A DNA stretch of 64,000 nucleotides from positions 16,366 to 80,365 of the forward strand of contig DATILH010000218.1 in NCBI GenBank assembly GCA_035476655.1, read 5' to 3'. The stretch is from Variovorax sp. (GTDB taxonomy: Bacteria > Pseudomonadota > Gammaproteobacteria > Burkholderiales > Burkholderiaceae_C). A model generated the notes under the pieces. It was given only the letters and a program-made list of their open reading frames with translations. It searched no databases and was not told the DNA's origin. Positions 42,813 through 51,259 of the stretch are shown here, piece by piece. The stretch's first letter is position 1. The number at the start of each line of letters is the position of its first letter. The position numbers and the translations under genes were made by a program.

Positions 42813-43630
42813 GATCGCGGTGGCTTGGCGCTGGTGGCCTGGCTGGCGTCTTCGAAATAGGTATAGATGCCCACGCGAATCCGCCCAGGGGCATCGCCGT
42901 CGGCCGCATTCACGGCCTGGGTCATCTGTTCGGCAAGCTCCTGGTGCAGAGCGCTCCAGCGCTGACGCACCAGGGATTCAATGGCTTCGCAGTCCTGCAG
43001 CGAAAGGCCCTTGGCGTACACGGCCCGTTCCAGCATGGGCGGCCGGTCGCCGGCCACGTTGCCGACCGCCGCCAGCAGGTGGTCTCGCGCGTTGTCGCCC
43101 AGGAAGGTCAGCATCGACTGCAGATCGCCGTTGGGCACGAAGCCATCCGCCAGCAGTTCGGCATATCCGTCCTGTTCGCTGACCATCTTCAGCCGCACCA
43201 GCTCGTCCAGGATGGCGCGGTGATGCCAGTTGCCGCGGCTGGCCTGGCGCGCCAGCTTCTCGAAGCTGATGTCGTGTTCTTCGCCGGCCAGCGGCAGGCG
43301 GCGCCGGGCCGGGTCATCGGCCAGCATCTGAAGCCACAGGGTGAAGGCCTTGGCCGCCGCCGAGCCCTCGGAACTTGGCAAGGGGTCGGCCACCTCGCGC
43401 ACCTTGGCCGTCACGGCCTTGCGATTCAGCCCGGTGGCCACCGAAAGCTGGCTGATGTTGGGTTTCGCCACGCCCTCGGCCTGCCAGAGCCGGCGCGCCT
43501 CCTCCAGCATCAGATCGCGCAGCAGTTCATCGAGCTGGGCATGCTTGAGCCCCATGGTCAGGGCGAGCCGGACCATGGGCCGCAGCACGCGTGCGCAAGC
43601 AGATCGGGCCCAGGCGAGTTGATTTTCCAT
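42809..43630 (-). CDS. DUF6502 family protein (putative DNA-binding)
   Basis: LRPMVRLAL..G, NISQLSVATGLNRKAV (HTH-like), DHLLAAVGN..LERAV; ATGA overlap with the DUF5666 gene. Confidence 0.75.
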   Translation of the reverse strand: MENQLAWARSACARVLRPMVRLALTMGLKHAQLDELLRDLMLEEARRLWQAEGVAKPNISQLSVATGLNRKAVTAKVREVADPLPSSEGSAAAKAFTLWLQMLADDPARRRLPLAGEEHDISFEKLARQASRGNWHHRAILDELVRLKMVSEQDGYAELLADGFVPNGDLQSMLTFLGDNARDHLLAAVGNVAGDRPPMLERAVYAKGLSLQDCEAIESLVRQRWSALHQELAEQMTQAVNAADGDAPGRIRVGIYTYFEDASQATSAKPPRS

Positions 43631-43712
43631 GAAGGTGAAGTGCCCGTTTATATCGCGACGCCGCCCGGGTCTTGGCGAGGCCGGCTCGGCTCCCCCGGTC
43701 AGTGTGAAGTTT

Positions 43713-46700
43713 TCAGCGGTCCGTCTCGCGATACCAGTAGGTTCGTCGCTTGATGGCCTTTGGCAGGATCACCGGCTTTTGCGCTCCCAAGCCGGACTTG
43801 CCGTCGGCCCCGGAGCCTCCGCCGCCGCCGATCAGGAAGGGCAGTTGCCGCTCCTTGTCGCCCACCTTGACCGTGACGATGCCGAACACCGGCGATGGGG
43901 CCAACCCGCCGCCATCGAGAAGCGTGGACTTGGTGGCCCCGGTCAGAAAGTGCACGCCATAGCTGCGCGCTTCACCGAGGTTGGCCTGGCATGTCGTGCT
44001 GCTCGGGACGATCGGGCGGTTGGTACCGAAGTAGACGGTGCCACCGACCGTGGTCGGAGCATTGACGCCCTTTTCACCCGCGCCAGCCAACGTCACGAAG
44101 AAGCCGGGGCCGGTACCGTCGTAGGGGGCCGCCACGCTTGCCCGGACCAGCGGCAACTCGTCGGACGCGGCAGCCTCGGGTGCCGCATCTGCGGTGCTGG
44201 ATGTGTCGTCACGCACCGTCTTCCAGCCGCTGGCTGAGGCTCCCACCTTGGTGTCCCTGATCATGTAGAAGCGGTTGACGGTGGCATTGGCCTCGTGCGC
44301 CAGCAGCGGGTGCTCGCGGTCACCCGACACGTTCAGCACTACGTCGTAGGTCTTGGTCAGCACCACGTCCGGTCCGAAGAAGAACTTTCGCTTGGTGGCG
44401 CCCGCCCCCCCCAGGGCTGCGAAATGGCTGGCTTGCCAGGTACTCAAGTCGCCAGTACCGGTGGGCTGCAAGTCAACCCGCCAGATGTTGCCCCCGGTAT
44501 CGGCAGCGTAGAGTCGGTCGATCAGGCCGTCGAAATCGCGGTCCACCAGCGTGACGTCGGCCGGGATGGAGTAGTTCATGCCAGCCAGCTTGCACGGGTT
44601 GGCGTTGCAGCTCGAGTTGCTACCGCCTGCCTCGGCGCGCCACAGCGGGTTGCCGGTCACGGCATCGAGCACGAAGATTCCACGTCCCATGGCGTCGGGG
44701 CTGGGCGGCTCCATGTCTTCATTGGGATCGTAGCCGGCGCCAAAAATCAGCACTGGGTTGTTGTGGCCCTTGATCATTGCCACCTTGGGCTGCGACCAGG
44801 TCTGTCCGAGTTCGGCGAAGCCGCTGTCGGCCTGGCTGTGCTTCCACATGAACTTGGGATTGGTCGGATCGCTTACGTCCAGGGCGTAGAGCAGCCGCCC
44901 GCCGCGCCGTGCGGACAGGAAGAGAAAGGCCTTGCCAGTGGCCCGGTTGTAGTAGACGCCCGGCGCGCCGTCGAAGAAATAGGTCTTGCCCGAGCCAGTG
45001 CTCGAGCCCAGCGTCAACTTTTCGTTGTTCTGGTAGAGCTGCTTCAAGCCTGAGTAGAACTCGGTCGCCACGAAGCTCCACAGCTCACCACCAGGCGGCA
45101 CGCTGGCGGTTGCACCGGCAGCATCCGTGATACTGATCGCGCAGGTGGTCGAGATCTTGCAATCGCCCTTGGGCTTGCTCGTATCGCTCGCGTTGTTGGG
45201 TTGATTGCCGTTGACGGCTCGAAACAAGCCGTCGTTGGCACCGTAGAACACCACTACTCCGGTGGTGCCGCCGTAGTCGATCACCACCGGCCTCGAGTGC
45301 AGAACGTCGCCATGGATCGAGCCCCGCACCGTGATGCCGGCAGGCGGCGTGCTGGACTCTGCGCCGGCCTTGGCATCGCCACCGGTGGAAGTGTCTGCGC
45401 CGCGCACCCAGTTGATCAATTGGGTGGCATTCAGCCCGCTGGCAGAAGTAATGCCGAGTGCCGAATCCGTGAGTGCGGTATTGCTGGCCTTGAAAGGCAT
45501 CGCGCTCAGGGCTGCCTCGCCGATGCAGCTACTGCCGATGCAGGTGTAGACGTTGCGGGACGTCGTGGCGGTTGCCGATGCACCAGAGGGATAGCTCTCG
45601 CTCAAGTGCTTGAGGCGAAGTTGCTGCGCCACCCCGCCCTTTTCGACAATCTGGCCATCCTTCCAGTCGAAGCCGTCGGCACCTTGGTCCTTGAACGCTT
45701 CGAGCCAGAAGCCTCCGTGTGAATCCGGCAGTGCAGCGGCATTCTTGGATGTCCAGTAGCTGATTGCGGTGGGCGTGATGAAGCCCGTGCCTGCCGCGCT
45801 CAGGGCGCGGTTGGCGTTGGTGCCCGCGGAGTACGGTCCCCAGGAAGCATCAGCCAGGAACAACTGCGGCGCGCTGGGGTCTGTGATGTCGACGCCGAAC
45901 TGGTATTGCTTGAGGTTCCCCATCCAGCGCGGGTCGCCACTCTTGTCCGGGCGGAACATGCCCATGTAGACCTGATTGATGTAGGTGCCCTGGGTGTTCG
46001 CGCTCACCGGCAACACGGGGGCTGCAAAGACGCTGTTCACCGCTTGCACTTCGCTGAAGACTCTCTTGATGGCATCGACCAGCCCATCCACGTCGCCGAG
46101 CTTCACCACGAAGTGTTCGCCCCCGCCCTGCTTGGCCATGCTGACCATCAACTGCTCATAGTCCGGGTTGCTGCCGTCGCTCAGGATGATGGTGTAGGTG
46201 GTGATGCCCGGATAGGTGGTCGTCAGATTGGGCGCGCTGCCCGTGTACATGAACTTCGCCCATTCGTCGGAGTAGTCGGACTTGTACTTGGCCGCGGCCA
46301 GCTTGCTCGAGATCGGCGATTCCCAGCCCGGCAAAGTGACCTGGGTGGGCAGTGCACTCGCGCCCGTGGCGTTTTTCAGCGCATGGCCTGCCTGGTCACC
46401 GGCATCCTGCGGCTTCTGGTTGTTGGTGGCCAGGGTGATGTAGAGAACGAAGTTCTTGGTGCAACCCACGTTGCTCGCCGCACCGGGATACGGCGTTCCC
46501 GACAGGCCGGTCTTGCCGTGATAGAAGGCCCAGGCCTCCTGCATGGTTTGGGCGACCTGATTGTTGTTGCTCTTGTCCTTGGCCAGGCTCAGCGCCGCGA
46601 TGCGCTTGAGCATCCGGTCGACGCCCTTGTCGTCCTTGCCGTTGCCATCCATCATCAGCAATGAACTGGGCGCAGGGGGCGCGGCAGGCAATACGAAGGT

Positions 46701-47033
46701 GCCGCCGTCCGTGCCGCCGGTTGGGAAATACATCAACCCAAGGTTGAGATTGGCGTTGAGGGAAGCGTCGGCCCCGAGCGCCTTTACTGCGCTGTACAGC
46801 CCACACTGCTCGAAGCCCAGGTTCTTGCCGGGATCGTTCACCGTCAGGCTGTCGCAAGTGAAGCTCGAACTGGCAGACGCCGCAGCCGCGTTGTCGAAGA
46901 CGATCAGCAGATTGGGCGCGCCACCGGTCGTCGTGCCTTGGTAGATATCGATATCTTCGGCATGGGCAGCGCCGCCACCCAGCACCGCAAACAAGGCCAA
47001 GGCACCCAGTTGGCGCGCAAATGGAGACTTCAT
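43713..47033 (-). CDS. pilY1: PilY1/PilC type IV pilus tip adhesin
   Basis: Signal peptide then EDIDIY; WMGNLKQY, GDVLHSRP, GANDG, LGQTWSQP, Ca-binding loop DRDFDGLID. Confidence 0.9.
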   Translation of the reverse strand: MKSPFARQLGALALFAVLGGGAAHAEDIDIYQGTTTGGAPNLLIVFDNAAAASASSSFTCDSLTVNDPGKNLGFEQCGLYSAVKALGADASLNANLNLGLMYFPTGGTDGGTFVLPAAPPAPSSLLMMDGNGKDDKGVDRMLKRIAALSLAKDKSNNNQVAQTMQEAWAFYHGKTGLSGTPYPGAASNVGCTKNFVLYITLATNNQKPQDAGDQAGHALKNATGASALPTQVTLPGWESPISSKLAAAKYKSDYSDEWAKFMYTGSAPNLTTTYPGITTYTIILSDGSNPDYEQLMVSMAKQGGGEHFVVKLGDVDGLVDAIKRVFSEVQAVNSVFAAPVLPVSANTQGTYINQVYMGMFRPDKSGDPRWMGNLKQYQFGVDITDPSAPQLFLADASWGPYSAGTNANRALSAAGTGFITPTAISYWTSKNAAALPDSHGGFWLEAFKDQGADGFDWKDGQIVEKGGVAQQLRLKHLSESYPSGASATATTSRNVYTCIGSSCIGEAALSAMPFKASNTALTDSALGITSASGLNATQLINWVRGADTSTGGDAKAGAESSTPPAGITVRGSIHGDVLHSRPVVIDYGGTTGVVVFYGANDGLFRAVNGNQPNNASDTSKPKGDCKISTTCAISITDAAGATASVPPGGELWSFVATEFYSGLKQLYQNNEKLTLGSSTGSGKTYFFDGAPGVYYNRATGKAFLFLSARRGGRLLYALDVSDPTNPKFMWKHSQADSGFAELGQTWSQPKVAMIKGHNNPVLIFGAGYDPNEDMEPPSPDAMGRGIFVLDAVTGNPLWRAEAGGSNSSCNANPCKLAGMNYSIPADVTLVDRDFDGLIDRLYAADTGGNIWRVDLQPTGTGDLSTWQASHFAALGGAGATKRKFFFGPDVVLTKTYDVVLNVSGDREHPLLAHEANATVNRFYMIRDTKVGASASGWKTVRDDTSSTADAAPEAAASDELPLVRASVAAPYDGTGPGFFVTLAGAGEKGVNAPTTVGGTVYFGTNRPIVPSSTTCQANLGEARSYGVHFLTGATKSTLLDGGGLAPSPVFGIVTVKVGDKERQLPFLIGGGGGSGADGKSGLGAQKPVILPKAIKRRTYWYRETDR

Positions 47034-47055
47034 CTTTTTCTTTCTCGACTCTGGT

Positions 47056-47616
47056 TCAGCAGGCCGCGCCAACGGCCACGCGCACTGCGATGCCCTGATG
47101 CGTCTTGGGACCGGCCGCACCGCCGGTCGGTGGGGTGGCGCTCGCGCTCAGGTCCCAGTTCGAGGCCGAGCACAGCGAATTTCCGCCTGCGCCACTGCCC
47201 GCAATGCCGGTGTTCTGGGCGGCACCGCTCGCGTAGCAGGGTTGGTCGTCTTCCTTGCTAGCGTCCAGCTCGCTCAGCTTGATCGGTTTGATGCCGGTGC
47301 ACTCAGGCGCGTCCACGGTCACTGCGTAGGTGGAACCGGCCTGGCCGCTGTTGTTGATGTCGAGCGCCGTGGTGCGCGTGACCGGCAGTTGGGTGAAGTC
47401 GCTGCTGATGGTGGCTTCGATGGCCTGCAGCGCCGCCGCGTCGGCCTCCTTCTCGGTCTGCATGTTGCCGACCATCTTCGTGTTCAGAGTGCTCACCTTG
47501 ACGGCCGAGACCACCACGAGCGTCAGCACCACCAGCAGGATCATCGACACCAGCAGCGTGGCGCCCTCCTGGCCGCGACGCGGCAAGGCGCCTGGGTTGC
47601 ACAAGGTGCGGTTCAT
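47056..47616 (-). CDS. pilX: Type IV minor pilin PilX
   Basis: QEG/ATLLVSMILL prepilin signal lacking Glu5; position in operon. Confidence 0.85.
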   Translation of the reverse strand: MNRTLCNPGALPRRGQEGATLLVSMILLVVLTLVVVSAVKVSTLNTKMVGNMQTEKEADAAALQAIEATISSDFTQLPVTRTTALDINNSGQAGSTYAVTVDAPECTGIKPIKLSELDASKEDDQPCYASGAAQNTGIAGSGAGGNSLCSASNWDLSASATPPTGGAAGPKTHQGIAVRVAVGAAC

Positions 47617-48671
47617 GGCGCTTCTCTCTGACCGGAGGCGTTGTACAGGCGGGCGACGGTGCTGTGGACGTGCCGCTTGATGTTGTCGTTGAACGGACCT
47701 ACGGACGGGGCCGCCAGGCCGAGGTCGTAGCTTCTCTTGTCGCTCCAGCCGCCGCTGGCTTCGATGGTGCGCGCCAGCACGTGCACGCGCACGGCCATCA
47801 CGTTGCTCCAGTTGTCGGCGGCCTTGGCCCAGTCGTACTCGGGCGAAGTTTGCGGACAGATCACGGTCTGCGCCGTCGGCGGACTGCTTGGGTTGCTGGT
47901 GTAGCAATCGGGCGAACCGTTGGCGTCCATATCGATGCCGTAGTCGACCTGGAAGTTCTCGACGCCCTCTACCAGGGGCGTGACGATCAGGGTGCCGCCA
48001 CGGTACTCAGCCACCTTGAGCGTGGGCGTTGTGTCGATCGCGCAGTCGTTGCAGCTGCTCACGAAATACAGCTGCTGCACAATCTTGCGCAGCGGAGCCA
48101 GCTTGGTGTTGTCGCAATCCTTTCCCGTCAGCGTGAAACTAGCGGCGGACGAGCCGGCAGCCGCGGCAAAGGGCAGCATGTCGTTGGCGCAGCTGGAAAT
48201 CTGCAGATACTGTTCGGCCGCCTCGGCCGAGGCCACGTTCACCCTCGATGTATGAACGCGCGTCACCAGCAGCATGGCCGTACCCGTTGCAACGTGGTCG
48301 ATGCAGTCGGGAACAGCCTCGAGCCTGTAGACTGGGTAAGGCACCTTGGAGGTGCCCGGGCTGGTCTCTGCGGTATAGCCCAGGTCCCCCACGCTCGCCG
48401 GGCACGCCACGGGCGCCACGTAGGCGAAGGCGGTGCTGGCGGTCGCGCCCACATACCCGGCCAGCTGGATGTTTTCGCCAAGCACCTGCAGCGCGTAGCG
48501 CCCGTTGTCGATCTGGCGCGTGGTCTTGTCGAGTTCGGTCCGCGCATTGACGGTGGAAACGAGCAGGCTGATCAGGCCGATCAAGAGAAACAGGCCCAGG
48601 GTGATGGCCACCATCAGCTCCACCAGGGTGAAACCGCGCATGAGGTGGGTGCGCAGCATGCGTGCCCTCAT
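47613..48671 (-). CDS. pilW: Type IV minor pilin PilW
   Basis: RG/FTLVELM, GRYAL..IQLAGY, VEGVENFQVDYG. Confidence 0.88.
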   Translation of the reverse strand: MRARMLRTHLMRGFTLVELMVAITLGLFLLIGLISLLVSTVNARTELDKTTRQIDNGRYALQVLGENIQLAGYVGATASTAFAYVAPVACPASVGDLGYTAETSPGTSKVPYPVYRLEAVPDCIDHVATGTAMLLVTRVHTSRVNVASAEAAEQYLQISSCANDMLPFAAAAGSSAASFTLTGKDCDNTKLAPLRKIVQQLYFVSSCNDCAIDTTPTLKVAEYRGGTLIVTPLVEGVENFQVDYGIDMDANGSPDCYTSNPSSPPTAQTVICPQTSPEYDWAKAADNWSNVMAVRVHVLARTIEASGGWSDKRSYDLGLAAPSVGPFNDNIKRHVHSTVARLYNASGQREAP

Positions 48672-49267
48672 GACAGGGCCCCGATGCGAACCTTGGTAGT
48701 GACCACGCGGTGCAGTTTCTCGTTGCCATAGGCGCCGTTGCCGCAGGGGAAGGCTGTTGTGCCATCGGCCAGCAGCGGTGCCGCAGTCTGCGCCAGTCCT
48801 TGCCAGGACACGGCAATCAGATAGATGTTGTTGGCTGCATCCTCCACGGTCACGCAGCCGACGGCACCGATCATTCCGCCGATCTTGCCGCTCGCCTTGT
48901 CGTCACCCTGCCACTCGGCTTGGCCCTTGAGCATGCTGTCCCAGGCCGCCAGGTCGGCCACGGCGCGCGCTTGTTCCTGTGCGCTGCCGGCGATGCAGGT
49001 AGGCGTTCCGGTGTGACCGCTGCCGGTACCCAATTGCACACCGGCGGCGCCGTTTGCATAGCAGGTGGCAACCTTGCGGTTTGCATTGAGCCGGTCAGCC
49101 ATGTCCTGCACAAGTTGCAGGGCCTGGACCCGCTGATAGGCCTCCAGCTCTGACAAGTTGGAGCGGCTGCTGACTCCCACCAGTCCGAGCAGGCCAAACA
49201 TCAGGATGACGAGCGAGACCAGAACCTCGATCAGCGCGATTCCGCGCGACACCCTGCCGGCGTTCAC
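48668..49267 (-). CDS. pilV: Type IV minor pilin PilV
   Basis: RG/IALIEVLVSLVILMFGLLG, DMADRLNAN, DLAAW; GTG start overlaps the fimT stop. Confidence 0.85.
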   Translation of the reverse strand: MNAGRVSRGIALIEVLVSLVILMFGLLGLVGVSSRSNLSELEAYQRVQALQLVQDMADRLNANRKVATCYANGAAGVQLGTGSGHTGTPTCIAGSAQEQARAVADLAAWDSMLKGQAEWQGDDKASGKIGGMIGAVGCVTVEDAANNIYLIAVSWQGLAQTAAPLLADGTTAFPCGNGAYGNEKLHRVVTTKVRIGALS

Positions 49268-49749
49268 GAGCAGGCCCCCACGCGGCTGCTGGGAAGTCCG
49301 CTCGGGCCGATGGAAATGCAGCGCGGGCTGACGCCGCTGATCTGTCGGGCCGGGGCGACGTTGAACTTGGTGCTGGCCGTGTTGGCGCGGCCGTCCCTGC
49401 CGTAGGTGATCTCGTCGAGCGTCGCCGAGCTGGTGATGGACAGGCTGTTCAGCGGCTCCTGGCTCAACAAGGTATTGGTGCCATCCGTCACAGTCCAACC
49501 GCCGGTCCATCCCGCCTCGGCCTTCCTGAAGGACACGCTGCCATTGCGCGTCACCGCTTCGCTGCGCGCCAGCAAGAGGCCCGCCATGAGGTCGAAAGAC
49601 ACGTTGCGGATGCGTTGGTTGGCGATGAACCCTTGAAAGGATGGCACCGCCAGGCCTGCCAGTACGCCAATGAGCGTGACGGCAGTGAGCAGTTCGACCA
49701 AGGTAAAGCCTTGGATCCTGCGTCGATGGGCGCGGGGAGTTACCAGCAT
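49264..49749 (-). CDS. fimT: FimT/FimU (GspH-like) minor pilin
   Basis: [29 protein letters not shown]. Confidence 0.85.
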   Translation of the reverse strand: MLVTPRAHRRRIQGFTLVELLTAVTLIGVLAGLAVPSFQGFIANQRIRNVSFDLMAGLLLARSEAVTRNGSVSFRKAEAGWTGGWTVTDGTNTLLSQEPLNSLSITSSATLDEITYGRDGRANTASTKFNVAPARQISGVSPRCISIGPSGLPSSRVGACS

Positions 49750-50195
49750 TTGCTGCCTCCTCCCGACGCTTCCTTCTTGCCGGTTTCGTCGATCTTCAGG
49801 ACGGCGCAGACGGTGTCGTTCGTGAGTTGGCCGCCAATGGGCGTAGCGGTGATAGTGAAGCCCGGCGGGGTCATGCCGGCCTTGGGCGCGGTCGCGACCG
49901 TGTAGTGCGACGAGACGTTGGACGGGACGCCCTTCAGCTTGCTGACATCGTCGGCATAGCTGCGTGCATCCAGCAGGTAGCGCTGCTGCAGGTTCGACAG
50001 CTCCAGCATGTAGCTCTGCGCTGCCGAGCGGTTGGAGCGGGTGACATAGCTGGTGTAGGAGGGATAGGCGACGGCCGCGAGGATGGCGACTATGGCCACT
50101 GTGATCATCAGTTCGATCAGCGTGAAGCCGCGCGCCCTGCGGCGTTCATTGCGGGTGCGGCGGGTAGCCGTCCCTGTCGTCGAAATAAGTTCCAT
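49740..50195 (-). CDS. pilE: Type IV minor pilin PilE
   Basis: [27 protein letters not shown]-terminal C..CW. Start approximate. Confidence 0.9.
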   Translation of the reverse strand: MELISTTGTATRRTRNERRRARGFTLIELMITVAIVAILAAVAYPSYTSYVTRSNRSAAQSYMLELSNLQQRYLLDARSYADDVSKLKGVPSNVSSHYTVATAPKAGMTPPGFTITATPIGGQLTNDTVCAVLKIDETGKKEASGGGSKCW

Positions 50196-50431
50196 GGGCC
50201 ACATTTGCCCCACTGCGCAAGCACGCTCAGTGGGTTAGGGTTAACGATTCGTAACTCTATATTGCAAATGTGACGAGATCCCATGCAAGGGCCGGGCGCA
50301 AGCCGTCTCGGCTGGCACTAAATCACGAAACGTAGGGGGCGTCACGAACGGGAAAATGACGCCCGCGCCGAATGAAAACTTTCTAATACGTGCGTGCGCC
50401 GATGCGTCGGCCCACGCCGCCCCGGGGCACC

Positions 50432-51259
50432 TCAGCCCCAGATCATCGAGCGCATCGAAATGGACGCGGCCTGGAAGCTCTCGTTGAAGAAGCGCGGCTC
50501 TTCCCTGCCCGCCTCCACCGCGCCGGCCGCGTAGAGCAGCGGCAAGTAGTGCTCGTAGCTGGGGTGCGCCTGCGCCGCCACTTGTCCCAGTTTCTGGAAG
50601 GCGTGCAAGGCCGCCAGATCGCCCTTGCCGATCTGCTCGCCCACGGTCTGGTCGAACTCGATGGCCCAGTCGTAGGCCTGCTCGGGCCCAGCGTCGAAGC
50701 GCATGGCGCGCAGGTTGTGGACGATGTTGCCGCTGCCCACGATCAGCACGCCGCGCTCGCGCAGGGCGCGCAATTGCTGGCCGAGAAGGAAGTGCTCGGC
50801 CGGTGGGCGGCTGTAATCCATGCTGAGTTGCACGACCGGGATCTCGGCTCTGGGAAACATGGGCTTGAGCACCGACCAGCTGCCATGGTCCAGGCCCCAC
50901 TCGCTCTTGTCCAGGCCCAGTGACACGTCGCTCAACGGCTGGCGCACTGCCTTGGCGATCTCCTCGGCCGCGCACGGCGCGCCGGGTGCCGGATACTGCT
51001 GGGCGAAGAGTTCCTGCGGGAACCCGCCGAAGTCGTGGATGGTCCTTGGCTGGTCCATGGCGGTGATCCACCAGCCGCCGCGCGTGAGCCAGTGCGCCGA
51101 GATGCACAGGATGAGTTGCGGAGTCGGATACCTGGTGCCGAACTCCGCACCCAGGGCCTGCCAGCTTCGCCGGTACGCGTTCTCCTCGATGGCATTCATC
51201 GGACTGCCGTGCCCGAGGAAGAGCACCGGCAGACGCGGCGATGGCTGCAGGCCGGACAT
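50432..51259 (-). CDS. ygiD: 4,5-DOPA dioxygenase extradiol (YgiD/LigB family)
   Basis: FLGHGSPMN, SAHW, GLDHGSW, GSGNIVHNL, HPSYEHYLPL; start overlaps the purL stop. Confidence 0.9.
   Translation of the reverse strand: MSGLQPSPRLPVLFLGHGSPMNAIEENAYRRSWQALGAEFGTRYPTPQLILCISAHWLTRGGWWITAMDQPRTIHDFGGFPQELFAQQYPAPGAPCAAEEIAKAVRQPLSDVSLGLDKSEWGLDHGSWSVLKPMFPRAEIPVVQLSMDYSRPPAEHFLLGQQLRALRERGVLIVGSGNIVHNLRAMRFDAGPEQAYDWAIEFDQTVGEQIGKGDLAALHAFQKLGQVAAQAHPSYEHYLPLLYAAGAVEAGREEPRFFNESFQAASISMRSMIWG

Noticed and set aside
50214..50431. Possible sigma-54 promoter or c-di-GMP riboswitch upstream of pilE
   Set aside because: TGGCAC is on the wrong strand and lacks the -12 TTGC; no GEMM motif recognised.
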